The notes beneath the pieces are model-generated. The model did not search any database. It saw only the letters and a program-made list of their open reading frames with translations, and was not told the origin of the DNA. The position numbers and the translations under genes were made by a program. DNA of 64,000 bases, taken from contig CM022676.1 of NCBI GenBank assembly GCA_012295275.1, positions 17,980,001 through 18,044,000 of the forward strand, read 5' to 3'. Positions 25,085 through 38,941 of the stretch are shown one piece after another; the stretch's first letter is position 1, and the number at the start of each line of letters is the position of its first letter. Origin of the DNA: Chrysomallon squamiferum. Its lineage: Eukaryota; Animalia; Mollusca.

Positions 25085-25270
25085 AGTATTCTAAGTTATC
25101 AGTATATTTGTACAATTACTTTTTACTTATTGTGTTCTAAATTTTACTTTTACTTATTATTGTGTTCTAAGTTACCAGTATATTTGTACACTACAATTAC
25201 TTTACTTATTATTGTATTCTAAGTTATCAGTATATTGTGTTCTAACTACAATTACTTTACTTTATTATTG
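25085..25270. repeat. 52-bp minisatellite (short, degenerate array; longer at 60045-60658)
   Basis: Repeats of TTCTAAGTTATCAGTATATTTGTACACTACAATTACTTTACTTATTATTGT. Confidence 0.8.
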
Positions 25271-26029
25271 TGTACTTTCCATTTTGTACTAATCTTATTT
25301 TTCTTACTCTGTATTGAGAATACACTTATTACTGTAACAGTACAAAAACTGAGAAGAATGTAAATTGATAGTTAAACAACTGAATTAATGTGTGCTTTTT
25401 TTTCATACCACTGAGAAGAATGTTTTTTAGAAATGTGTGTTTTTCTCTGTCTGTTCTGCTGTCTGTGTGTGTTTAGATAACAACACTTGTCTGTTTTTGC
25501 TATGTTCCTGAAAAGTAAAAGTGAAGATAATTTAATTTTTTATTATTTTTTACCAGTAACATTGTTTACTATTATATATGTATATCAATACAATTTACTG
25601 ATACTAATGAATGTTTGTTGACAAAAATATATTTCAGCTATTGGGTTTCAATTGTGCTTGCATGAATACAGACATACTGATAAACATAAATACACTAAGT
25701 TAACGAATAAATAAAAATATTTTTTAAATAGCCTTAATAGATTTGCCAAACTATAAATGTAAATTCTAAATTAAATAATTTAGTATCTTTTAAAAATACT
25801 TCACTTTAACCTGATTTTTGATAAATATAAATGTCGCTAAAGTAGTACAAATATAAAAGCTAAAGAAGAAATATTTTAACAACATACTCAACATGTTTTT
25901 TACTAGTTATTTGTATCTTTAATGGTAAACAACAAAACAGCTAATGAAAAAAAACCTGTTTGTGGAATATGAACTAACACCCTTTATAAACAACCAACAA
26001 AACATTTTTTTTTAACATACAGCTTTCAA

Positions 26030-26180
26030 CAGAAAACAAAACACATACCATGATCTTAGCAATATCAAGCATGGATCAGAGGCTATTCTGGTAAATAACT
26101 TTATTAATCCTCCATACAGGACTGATCCTAGAACCCAACAAACCTTGGCCATGCACTCTAACCACTGAGCCAATCTATCC
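26030..26180 (-). mobile_element. Decayed tRNA-derived SINE in a Patronin pseudogene intron
   Basis: Minus strand reads TGGCTCAGTGGTTAGAGTGC (A box) ... GGGTTCTAGGATCAGTCC (B-box-like) ... ATGGTATGTG. Copy at ~59170-59320 (+). Confidence 0.5.
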
Positions 26181-26784
26181 ATCACTACAAACTTAACAAA
26201 ATGAATTAAGTGAATACTTACAGTGTAGAGTTTGGTTTGTTTACTTCTGGAGTACTCATGACTCTTGACTCAGTTTTGTGAAACTGAAAGCTATGTTTTG
26301 TTGTGTTGCTAATGGTTACTTGGTGTTTTGTGACACTTGACCTCCCATGAGATGCTGAAGTGAAATTAGTAAAAATAATAATAAACCTTGCAATATAAAC
26401 TGTCTGATGTAAGAGTTGTAAAATTTAACTGAGATGCACTCACTTAAATGAATTTTTCCTTTAATATTAACTTTCTTTGTTAGTATCTGACTATTATAAA
26501 AGGATATTTTAAAAAACTTGGAAAATCATTTTTTTAAATAAAATTCTGAAAATAAAAAAAGTATTTACATAAGTATACACACTAAAACTGAATTTTACAA
26601 ATCCTATTTTTTCCAGTACAATAAACTATTTCATAAACTGAAATAATAAAAGATATAATACAATTACTTGGAAAGTCAATTTTGTTTAAATAAAATTCTG
26701 AATCATAATTGAAAAGTTACTTTCTGTTTCCTGCCCATTCAGAAGCTGTCCTGTCTGTCAGTTTTATCAATTCAAACAAGAAGA

Positions 26785-27520
26785 ACAGCTCTGTGAGAAA
26801 GGCTGACAGGTTTTCTTGTACGCTATCTCGTGTTTACAGAAGATCAGCTCTGTGAGAAAGGCTGACAGGTTTTCTTGTACGCTATCTCGTGTTTCAGATG
26901 TTTACAGAAGATCAGGTTTTCTTGTGTGTGAGAAAGTGTTGACAGATTTTCTTGAGAAGGCTGACAGGTTTTCTTATCTCTATCTCGTGTTTACAGAAGA
27001 TCAGCTCTGTGAGAAAGGCTGACAGGTTTTCTTGTACGCTATCTCGTGTTTACAGAAGATCAGCTCTGTGAGAAAGGCTGACAGGTTTTCTTGTACGCTA
27101 TCTCGTGTTTACAGAAGATCAGCTCTGTGAGAAAGGCTGACAGGTTTTCTTGTACGCTATCTCGTGTTTACAGAAGATCAGCTCTGTGAGAAAGGCTGAC
27201 AGGTTTTCTCATGTTTACAGAAGATCAGCTCTGTGAGAAAGGCTGACAGGTTTTCTTGTACGCTATCTCGTGTTTACAGAAGATCAGCTCTGTGAGAAAG
27301 GCTGACAGGTTTTCTTGTACGCTATCTCGTGTTTACAGAAGATCAGCTCTGTGAGAAAGGCTGACAGGTTTTCTTGTATGCTATCTCATGTTTACAGAAG
27401 ATCAGCTCTGTGAGAAAGGCTGACAGGTTTTCTTGTACACTATCTCGTGTTTACAGGAGATCAGCTCTGTGAGAAAGGCTGACAGGTTTTCTTGTACGCT
27501 ATCTCGTGTTTACAGGAGAT
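26785..27520. repeat. 59-bp minisatellite expanded inside a Patronin CH-domain exon
   Basis: Unit AGCTCTGTGAGAAAGGCTGACAGGTTTTCTTGTACGCTATCTCGTGTTTACAGAAGATC, about 12 copies. Confidence 0.95.
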
Positions 27521-27667
27521 CCTCGTAGATGAAGTACACAAAGTTGATGGTAAGATGCTGATCACAGAATGTTTTGATGAGGCGAAGATTACATAAAGAC
27601 TTAACTAATCCTAACATGTATCTGAAAAATAAATAAATAATAAATAAAGCAATTAGTATTTAATAAT

Positions 27668-27738
<71 letters not shown>

Positions 27739-28195
27739 AATTTAGATCATATTCAAAAGCAAAAGAAAAAACAGATCTAATACTAAAATATGGATTTTTC
27801 GATTATGAAATTTAAAAAAAAGTCCCCAAGACAATGCCTCTCTTAATCAGATATTAACTTTCAGCAACTTAATATATACAAAATTTTGAAATTACCATCT
27901 CATTTATCATTTTATTTGCAAAAACTGTTCTAAAACAAACCATGAAAACTGAGAGACTGGAAACAATAGAAACTTCAGACAACAGGAACTGTACATCCGT
28001 CTTCTACATCTTTTAGTATGTCTGTCATCACAGGAACAGTGACTCTGCGTGAAGGGCTGGCAGTTCCAGTCTGGTAACAGGAAAGTTAAACATTTTAAAA
28101 TACTGATGAAATATGCAGCTTCCTTTTTTTTCTTTTTTTTTTTAAATATAGAAATAACATTTACAACAAAATAATCACATTGATTTGAATGTAAT

Positions 28196-28236
<41 letters not shown>

Positions 28237-31200
28237 ACAAACACATGAGTCAAATGTACATGGTATGAAGTGTAGGGTGTGTTACAGGATACTAATGTAA
28301 TTTGTGTATATGTATACATGTACTTACTGATAAATTATCAACAAACTGCAGCTTCATATATTAAATTAAACTTCATTAGCTGATTAGGTTTAGAAAAATG
28401 AGAAATATGTAAGAAAACAAACAAAAATTCACCTGCTCAGATTTTTTATCTTTTGCAATGGCAGCAGTACAATCTTTATTTAACCAGAAAATAACTGTCC
28501 TCATTTTTTTTTGTCTGATGGAAGTTCACTGGAGGTGTAAAAAATTGCAATTTGTCTGAAAGTTTTAAAATTACATATTCAATAGAAAGGTTTAGCACAG
28601 ACGTAGCTTTCAGGTACTGATTTTCTTCATATGGGACAAGCCTATATGTATGTGTTTACGTATAGCAATGTTTTCAAACATTATAAAGGATGAGTCTTGT
28701 TTTTATGATTTTCTTTAATGTTTGTTAACTAGGCAACATAAATACTGAACATGTTTTAACCAAATGTGCATATATTATATATCCAAGTAAAGTGTTTATA
28801 AGTTCTAGAGCTGCAGTTACTTCCCTTCCTTCACCTGACACAATACAAACTTTGTTCTTTACATGGAAGCTAAACTGAAAGTGAGTTATGTACATGTCTC
28901 ATACTGCAAGTCTGTATGCAGTCAGATACATGAACAGATTACATCTATACTAAACCTCACTAATATGCTGAATGTAAAGACTGAGGTCTCATTACATTTT
29001 ATTACAAATTATACACAAATATGCACCCGTACATTTCCCACCCTCTCTCTCATACATTCATATGTTTAAATGCATCATCACAATTCATCAATCATTTAAT
29101 ATTCAAAGTTGAAGGATCAAAGCTTTTAAATACAGCTTGTCATTGACCTCTGAACTGAAATACAATTGATCATAAAGTGATACTTTCCAAAAAACTAACT
29201 GAATAAAATAAATAAACTTTAACAGAGCCAAATAATCTCATTTTAGTAAAAGAGGTTTTCAATTTCTTATTTTTTTAAATTTAATTTTTGTATTTAATAA
29301 ACAAACAAAAAATGTCAATAAAAGATAAATATAAATAAAAACTACAGCTTACCTCATGGATTGGATAGTATGTTCTGCTGAAACAACTTCACTGGTTTAT
29401 GTCATCATCAGCACATCAATTAGAGGAATATGTGCATTCTGAAAAAAATGACAATAAATAAAATAGTAACACAGATAATAAATGAACAGCTATAAATAAT
29501 CCTTATACTGATAATAACAGCTGATTCATCCTTCTCCATGATGTAAATTCACTTTCTAGACAGCACCTGAATAACACTACAGTGACCTACAAAAAATATT
29601 TAAAAGCATGATATTTTTATCAATTTCCATTTGTTGAAAAATGCATTTTCTCTGCTTCTTATCATTTGTTGATATTTCAGTAATTTTTATTTATGTATGA
29701 AATTGACCAAGACAGATACACACACAGACACAATATCTCTCTCTCTCTCACACATACATACATACATACAAAAACACACACAGTATATATATCTCTCTCA
29801 CACACACATACAAACATACACACAACATATATATATATATATCTCTCACACACACACACACATACAAACATACACACAATATATATATATATATATCTCT
29901 CTCACACACACACTAATAAACTAACATAGTTACATACCTTGTCTGTGCTGAGAGATTTCTGAAAACATTCTAACACAGACTACACATCATTTGACACAAG
30001 ACTGTTGAGTAGAGATTACCCTGCAACACAGTGACATATCATCATCTTCATAATAGCAATAATAGCAATAATAATAATGATGAAAAAATAAAAAACAATA
30101 ATAACCAGAACAACAATAGTAGTAGTAGTAGTAGTAATAGTAGTAGCACTAGTTGTAATAATAGTAATAATAATAGTAAAAATAGCGATAACTCAACAAC
30201 AATAATAATAATTAACTATACACATTTTCATCTATTATTGATTAAATAAGTTATGAGAAAAACAAGGAATTAGTGTGTTATTTAACAACATATAAATATA
30301 GCATTGTATTTTTCATTTTGTCTTAAACATGTGTTATGAAGAAATGAGATAATTTGTTTTCAAAGAGTCATGCAATAATATATTTTTAATTTTATTCCAT
30401 TAATGACTAGCTGAACAGTACTATAGAAAAAAGTGTCATGAGAGGAAACACAAATCTCTTAATTGACAATTTTCAGATAATTTAATTTTCTATTTTTGAT
30501 GAAATAATTCTAAGGTTTATATAAAGTAAGAAACTAGAGATAATTAAAACAAAACAGCAATGCATATAATAACTTTAATAATTAGAACAAATCTTGAAAG
30601 ATCAAAAAAATTATAAAATATTTCACTCACATCTGATTTTTCATAAAATGGTTCTTTAAATTAATTTGGAACATTTTCTCCATATACTTTGTGAAAATCT
30701 CTGCCAGTGATCAAATTTGGCCTGAACAACATGAAAAATAAATAAACATGAGTAATGATATGAAGAAGAATATGAAAAATAATAATAAATATTAAAACAA
30801 TAATAATAATAATAAATTAACAAATTAATAATAAAAAAGTTGCAGTAGTAATAAGAAGAAGCAAACTATAATAAAGAAAAAATGTAAATAAATAAATGAA
30901 ATATGACAATTAGTAAATAAAAAAAGGAAGGGAAACTGAAAAGAAATTTCCATCACTCTCTTATAATATATTACTTGATTTAAACAATTAAATATTTACA
31001 AGTAATACAGTAAACCAATTCTACCTTGCTGGCACCTTTTTTTTTTTTTTTTTTTTTTTTAAATTATTCCAGATGTAATCAATGAATAATTCAGACTTGA
31101 AGTTTTATAATCCTTTATGGAATAGATGACTAACACTAACAGTAACAGTCAGAAAACCAATGCCCATACTTCTTATCCAACTTTTATCATCAAACTTAAA

Positions 31201-31304
31201 CATTTTGGTTGTAAAAGCTTGCCAGCTACTTATTTTGAAATGTCTACATCCACTTCTGAAAACTCCCAAATGTAAATAAAATCATTAATTATGTTCTTAC
31301 TTAC

Positions 31305-31573
31305 CCTGCCAGACAAAAACAATCAACACAAGATATCACCGTCGGTCTCATATACACGTGGATCCCATGAGGTTTTTCGCTTTTTCTTTCAACGACCGGT
31401 CCGATTTAACTGACGTAAAACTGGTGCCGTCATCATTCAAAAGCATGTTAACAATGTAATCTTCACTAAACTACCTGAATCCTCACTGACAGCTTTTCAA
31501 AGATATAGTGGTATCTCTTAAATAATCCAGAGAGAAATTCACCAGCAGATTGTGTAAGCGATTCGTCCGCCAT
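31305..31573 (-). pseudogene. Disabled SWIM-type first exon, second copy
   Basis: ATG at 31573 and GTAAGT donor after ...CVDCFCLAG. Carries +4 and +2 insertions and in-frame stops relative to the 419-681 copy. Confidence 0.55.
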
Positions 31574-32074
31574 TGTTTTAAGCTTGTGTAACCGAGCACT
31601 GATAGAGTTACCTCCCTTTTGGGGGCGGAGTTATGATGTCAGCTGAGGTCATTACAACCGTATACATCCTGCTTCATACTACTGTGACAAATACAGCAGA
31701 CTTCAGTGATAATGTATGTCAGTATACGCAGCCATTACTTGTGTGTATAAACACATGTATTTAAAAAATGTCTCTGTTTATTTATGTGTTTATTTAATCT
31801 GATTTATATTTATTTCGGCATGCCAGTGATCATCACTTTAAACCTGCAGGGTTAGTTAACTCACATACACATCATCATGTAAATATAATTATATATCTTA
31901 TGTATAACATACACACTAATATATGTACCTACTACCTGCATGTATACTATTGAATGTTATTTTTAAAAATCGATCCTACTTGTGGTATTATTATAGGTTT
32001 TGAGATAACATGGAAACATAATGATATTTTATATCACTGTCTGAACTGAAATCAGTACTTCCACATTTGAAATA

Positions 32075-32106
<32 letters not shown>

Positions 32107-32448
32107 AAACACATACATACACACACACACAGAAAATGAAAATAATTAATTGAATGTTGTATCAATATTAATTAACAGACTGATACCATATTAATGGATG
32201 TGCTTTAATCTTATGTATTTATTTATAAATTTATCTATTTATCTTTTTATGTTTTTGATTACCAATACCATTTATAGTTTTATTCATAATCAGTTACTGA
32301 TATCATCTACAGTACTTTTGTTTTCATTTTGTTTTTATTCTTTTTAAGTATATATTAATAATTTTCATATTTTCTCTTATTATGTTACAGATATCATCTG
32401 AATTGTTTTATTTTGATTTGTTTGTCCCATTATATTTGTAAAATGATT

Positions 32449-32648
32449 NNNNNNNNNNNNNNNNNNNNNNNNNNNNNNNNNNNNNNNNNNNNNNNNNNNN
32501 NNNNNNNNNNNNNNNNNNNNNNNNNNNNNNNNNNNNNNNNNNNNNNNNNNNNNNNNNNNNNNNNNNNNNNNNNNNNNNNNNNNNNNNNNNNNNNNNNNNN
32601 NNNNNNNNNNNNNNNNNNNNNNNNNNNNNNNNNNNNNNNNNNNNNNNN
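32449..32648. other. Assembly gap (200 N)
   Basis: Run of exactly 200 N. Confidence 1.
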
Positions 32649-32818
32649 AGACATTCTGTATTAATATTAGAGACTTTGTTAAAGAATAATATTTGATTGC
32701 AAATAAGAAAACTTAAGATGTAAAATGAATTGTAATATATTATAACTAGATAAACAAGACACATTAAAACTGTCGATAAATGTTTTCTAGATGTCATAAT
32801 GAAGCTGTATTAAGTTTC

Positions 32819-32876
<58 letters not shown>

Positions 32877-34472
32877 TGTATTTGTATTTGTATTTTCCTG
32901 TCACTATACTGATAAGAATAAAAAAAAATCAAATCCTAATAATGTACAGTATTGGAATTGACATCAATTTATTATCTGTATTTTAATTTATTATAGTATT
33001 TATATTTTGAAGGTCAGTGACAAGAAAGTTGAGGGTCAAGTATAACAGTGGACATGAGGCAGGCTCTGTCATCTTCCTCACTGCACACAGCTCTAGAACA
33101 CACAAGGAAATAACAAAACATAGTATGTTGTGTACAAACATTTTGTTTAATATTAACTTTTCTGTTTTACTTTTTTTTGTATGCTGTATTAGATTAATTA
33201 TATCTTTGACACCAATAAAAAAGAAAAAAAATAGCAATTTCAAACCTTTGGTGTTTAGAGAACATTCTCCTCAGACAACATGGAGACAACTGTGAGAATT
33301 CTGTCACGTGAACTCACATGATCAACATTGTGGACAACATGGACTGCAGTGGAAGTCCAGTCATATGTAAATAAACATAAAAATATACGAGTTTATTCAA
33401 ATTGATAACATACATATACCTGATTAATAGTTTGTTAAAATTTTAATTTGTTACTATTTAAAATGATTGCTGTTTAAAATACAACTAGTCTTAATAAATA
33501 AGAATTGAAACTACCATTAATTTCAAAATAATTTGGAATAAGTTTTTTGAAGAAATAAACAGTTTTGCAAATTGTTAAATTCTAAATGAAAATTAGTATT
33601 AGGTGTCATCAGTCTTTAAACATTTCGATTTTTGATTTCAGATATTCAGTATATAAAGTTAAATTGTTATTTTAAATATAATTTTAAATTTTCTTTTACA
33701 AAAATAAAAACTAAATAAATAAATATATAATTAGTAAAATAATAGGTGTGTTTCAACAGCTATTATATTGAAGAGAAATATGATTTATTCTTATTTTATT
33801 TTTTAACTTCCTTTTCCTAATTATTTTCCTTCCTTATTTAATTTTATTTAATTTTGTTTATTTTAAATTTTGTTTTGTTTTTATTTGGTTTATTATATTT
33901 TATTTTATTTTATTTTATTTCTAGTCAAAGTGGTTATCAAGTGTTTTATTTCACTGTGGTAAATCAGTGGAATAAAGTGAGAGAGAAAACCGTAAACTAT
34001 GAATTAAACTGACTGCTGTGTTTTCAGTATTTTCAACATTTCTCACTAGTGAATGTGTAAGTCAGTGTGTGAAGTATGGAAAGTCACAGAATCAAATCAC
34101 ATTAGTGCTTCCATCAGACTGTTTCTGGCTCCATTATAAAAGAAATTGAAATGTGTCTTCCTGTCCATGTGTGCACACGTAATTAAACATTTCAGACAGA
34201 AATTTCTTGAATCTAGAAAATAAAACAGATTTAGATAATTAAACCATGCAACACAATCTGCAGACATTTCGGTTGTTCAGGTCAAAATGATAATATCAAA
34301 GTCATTGTAAGACACTATGTATTAATTATAATTGTATTTATGTTTCTAGAGAGGAAGGAATGTGGTTATATTTTCTCTAGATAAGATGAATGTCAAGCTG
34401 TCGTACATCAGCAACAGAGATCAAGTAAGAATTTTTAAATGTTACAAACAAAATAAATACTAGAAAACATAA

Positions 34473-34640
34473 AGTCATGTTTAAGTCATTTTCTTTGCCA
34501 CCTGAAGATAGTTCCAACACTGTGAAATCCATGGCTACAATCTCAAGACGTCTGGTAGTAAAGTGATGTTCCAAAGGTAGTTTCAGTTTGAGTTGTGGCA
34601 GCTTAGCCAGTGCACACCTTTCACAGTATTTACACCACAA
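34473..34640 (-). mobile_element. Ty3/Gypsy LTR-retrotransposon integrase fragment
   Basis: WCKYCERCALAKLPQLKLKLPLEHHFTTRRLEIVAMDFTVLELSSGGKENDLNMT contains the CxxC of the integrase Zn finger followed by the start of the rve core (LEI.AMDFT.LE.S.G.ENVL.MT pattern). Confidence 0.85.
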
Positions 34641-35139
34641 TAAAAGATCAGTATTTCTAAATTATTAATAATATTAATTTTTATTTTATTTTACTTTTTG
34701 TTTTGACCAAAATATACAGAGCAACTGACATTTATTTATATTTCCATATTTTCTAAATAACAAATAATTTAATTAAATGTTTTTTTTGATACAATGTCAG
34801 GTACAATGTGTGGACACTGATATTATAAAATACAGAATCATTAATTTAAAACTATTTTAAAAATGTAATCGTATAATGTTTAGAATGATTCATTAATAAG
34901 ATAACATAGTTTAATAATGTAAACAGTCTGAGATAAAAATAATGATTAGAATTACTATTATAATTTCATCTTTAAAGAATTAATCATAAAGAAATTATTT
35001 ATTTTAGTTTTATTTGATTTTCATAATTTAACCAATATAACTGTCTATTACATTAGATTTTGACCTCAATAGGGCCTCCTGCACTTTCTGATCACTTATC
35101 TCTAGAACACCATAAATCAAATCCTGAAAGTAAAATTTG

Positions 35140-35189
<50 letters not shown>

Positions 35190-36290
35190 GTAACAATAAC
35201 ACTAAGAATAACAATAATAGTAATAAGGTGTTTGAGTGTGCATGTGTATGTATATACATAAAATATTGTCAGTTATAAAAAATAATAACACCAACAATAA
35301 AGAAAGAACAATTGAAACAAATGAGATAAGTAAGTAGCTAAATAAGTAAATGCTTAGCAATGAATGAAATAAGTAAATAAGCGGAGAACTGAAATAAATA
35401 AGAAAGTAAATTATGTAAATATTTTTAAAAAGTATACACATTTTTAAATACCCACAATGCATCAGTTTTTGTTTCAGTTAGACAGCAGAGGCAGATTTCG
35501 TTTCTTAAATTAGCCATAAATTGAAAGTTACATTTTTAAAATTATTATATCTATCAATAATCAATAATTACTTTAAGCAATGTGGCAAAATATTCAAACA
35601 TAAATCATGTAAAAACAAAGTCACTGCCGCAAAACATTGTATTCACAAACAAGTATTGATTATATATACTGAATGCTACTAAATGTTAACATTTTTATTC
35701 TACAAGTGTCAGTTTTAAATATCATTTAGTATTCACAATTACTTACCTCAAACAATAGATATCAAATACAATATGAATATTTATGATTAAGTAATGAATA
35801 TTAATGTTATGAAAACGAGTACAGGGCAGGACTTACAGGGTCTGAAAATTCACAAACTGCTGATGTCTGTCTGGTCTGTTCACCTCTCACTCGATTCATC
35901 GTCATCAACAATATCGGATCCGATGTTTGCAGCCAGTAACTTTAATCATTCTGTGATGCTGCACTGCACATATTGTTGATGTTGCAGAACATAGAAACAT
36001 GTTGTAAATCTTCGAAAACAGCTGACAGCACAACCTGCAGTGTAATGTTTATTTTTTTACTGTTAGAATAGTGTTTCTGTTTGTTTCTAAAACATAAACC
36101 ATTTTGTCATTCAATAAATCTGTATCCTGAGAAAAAATAAAATGTTCAAAACAGTTTGAATATAAAGAAAAATACATTTTAAACAGTATTTATTTATTTA
36201 TTTATCTTATATCAGATCTTAAAAAGTGAATGCCTCTACTTCAGTCTCCAGTTTTGATAACGTTAGAACATGAAACTAAATAAAACTGAA

Positions 36291-36431
36291 TCCAGGACCT
36301 GGATTACAGAAACTCCAGGAAACCTGGTAGACCAGGAACATTATCAGTACCATGAAGTCCTTCAACACCAGGTGCAACAGGATCTCTATGGATACCAAGT
36401 TCTCCAGTGTAACCAGCTTCACCTTTTCTAC
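36291..36431 (-). pseudogene. Isolated degraded collagen (Gly-X-Y) exon
   Basis: After a TTTTCAG acceptor: GRK GEA GYT GEL GIH RDP VAP GVE GLH GTD NVP GLP GF. Across frameshifts it continues P GVS .NP GP. Three Gly positions are mutated. Confidence 0.75.
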
Positions 36432-36951
36432 CTGAAAAACTATCACAAACTGTATCACAGAGAAACACAATTTTATTATTCTGATATTCAATAACTGAGT
36501 GTTTTTATAATAGTTTTTGTTACTCAGTTACTTGTACAAGACATGTTGTTTGTCTAGATTAAACAATGTAAAATAAGGTTTTCTGTTAAATCAGACTTGT
36601 ATTTTGTAACTCAAATAAAACAAATGCTTGGTTATAGAGTTATCTCCCATGATAACTTGTTCCGTTAACCAATCGATAAATCTTTTGCCGAGAAATCAAT
36701 CGTATATCCTCGCTTATTTCCGTGAAGACAAAGAAATAAATACTAATTAAAAAAAAAAAAAAATGTATTCTTGATTTACAAAATAGTTTATATGTGTGTG
36801 TATTTGTATAAACACACGTGTGCGTATGTGTCTGCCACTATAGAGTATTATCTTATCTATATTCTGTTTCATAATAAACAAAACCAAATAAATAAATCTA
36901 TATACCTATTACACATACACACATATATATAAATCACTACTACTACTACTT

Positions 36952-37057
<106 letters not shown>

Positions 37058-37846
37058 TAATAATAAATAAATTAATTAATTAATTAATAAAACAGAAAGA
37101 AAGAAATATAAACTGAAGCAAACTGTTGGTCTCTGGATAAAAACTGTTGGTCTCTAAGAAAAACCAAACCCGAAAAGAAAAAGAAAAAAACAACTGTTTT
37201 TCTGCGACAGACACGCCCTCTGGTCTATCAGAAAACGTGATTCACAACACCTCGCTCTGATTAGTAGGGGAATTTGTTTGTTCACAGATGGGTAAACCAA
37301 TTCTACATCAGCTCTTTATAAACAGCGAGGTGTGGTTCTTAAGTACTGAACACCGCTGAATGTTACGCTGTTATCAGAACAGTTCACTGATGTGGCTGTT
37401 TCACCTGCCGCCGTGTTGATGTAAATGACTCTTGTTCGATAAGGATAATATCTAAATGCCAGTGGAAAGGTACCTTTTCTTTTACATAGAATATTATATT
37501 AGCATAAATGGGGCAGAAAATGAAAAACTATTATGAGAATTTTAGTTGTCATGTATCGACAGTGAATTCGTAATAATCAGCACTGAAGTCAAAGTTGATC
37601 TGAGGCTGGTTTCACCAGCGAACTGGTCATGTCTTCTGCCTCCAGTAAGCTCTTCTTCTGTTCTTACATATATTTATTTATTTATTATCTTTGATGATAT
37701 CTTATTTCAACTTCTTAGTGTCTTTTATAACTCACATTTGCCAAACACAGTACAGTCTCAGTTTGTTTTCCACTTGTGCACGACAACCAACACAACTAAC
37801 AGACGTGGAAAACAAAGTAAATGAATGTTTCAAAATATATTATAGA

Positions 37847-38017
<171 letters not shown>

Positions 38018-38941
38018 TATTTTAGCAATTCTATTATAATGTAAAGTAGTTGATTTCAAAGAAAGTTGTGATATTTAAAACGTGTTTGTACATATTCCAC
38101 TGTAATCAAATAAAACTCAAATAAAATATTTACGTGATGAAAATGAAATTATTCTGTCATTATTTCCTTTAACTTTTAGAAATAATTACATTGTTTCTTG
38201 ATGTTCACCTGTTTATATGTTTGTATGTTTGTAAAATATAATTAATGTGTATAATATCAGTGTAGTGCAAAGTAGTTCTCTTATAACTTTATCATTAACA
38301 GCTAACACGAATTATTGTTTTCTTAGGGGAATCCAGTTGTACTGGACTATTATATTTATTTTTATTCAGCCTCACATACATCATACAACTCTCTTCAGAT
38401 CTGGAGTTAAATTTGAAAGATTTCAAAATCAAAACATGAAATAAACGGAAGTCAACAATAAAAAGATCACACACAACCACACACACACAGACATACACAC
38501 TCACTAAAAAAAAATTCGGAGAAACAACCGCACGAATGTAAATTTTTGAAAGTAAATAAGTTTTTATTTTGAAATTTATTATGTAATTAAGCAAGTTTAA
38601 ACGTGCCATTAATTAAAAATAATAAATATTTTTCTGGAAAACAACAACAACTACTGCTACTAGTACTAATAATAAATTATTAACATAAATAAACTAATTG
38701 CTTTAAAACATATGTTATAACTCCTGTATTTTCAACGAAACATTCACTAAGAATAATAAATAAATAAATTAGTTTAATTTAATAACGAAAAGTAAACAAA
38801 TTAACTAAATTTATTACTTTGCAATAAAATAAACAACTTATTTTCTGTTTATTTATCAGTTCGTGTAAAGAAATGAAATGTCTGTCCACTTTCAACTTCA
38901 AAACAGTTAAAGTGAAGCAAACTTAGGAGACTGTTTGAAGT

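Larger units (their letters stand above)
23200..30721 (-). pseudogene. CAMSAP: Patronin/CAMSAP unprocessed pseudogene, 3'-truncated copy
   Basis: Same exons as the 54279-63677 copy. It ends 3 nt after the penultimate CKK exon (ELAEFDVKHFVILFCDGGCQYKAL..TPETEELSK..GPKEVTNKMIHRFY). An extra ~160-bp deletion near 29515 removes an exon end. Confidence 0.88.
23197..32448 (-). repeat. Segmental duplication block B (near-identical inverted partner 52546-62510; older direct paralogue at 1-1040)
   Basis: Colinear reverse-complement match, e.g. ORFs 24575+/60924-, 28863+/56135-, 29693+/55100-. 30790-31885 also matches 1-1040 in direct orientation. Confidence 0.97.

Noticed and set aside
26785-27520. 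59-bp (and 77-, 84-bp) regular repeats as a CRISPR-like array
   Set aside because: The units are contiguous with no unique spacers, derive from exon sequence and sit in eukaryotic DNA with no cas genes.
32408-32797. ORFs spanning N runs (also 50965-51363)
   Set aside because: Created by the assembly gaps.
33020-33365. Possible SRCR or lectin-like motif (IVDNMDCSGS)
   Set aside because: Too short, with no supporting Cys pattern or clear exon structure.
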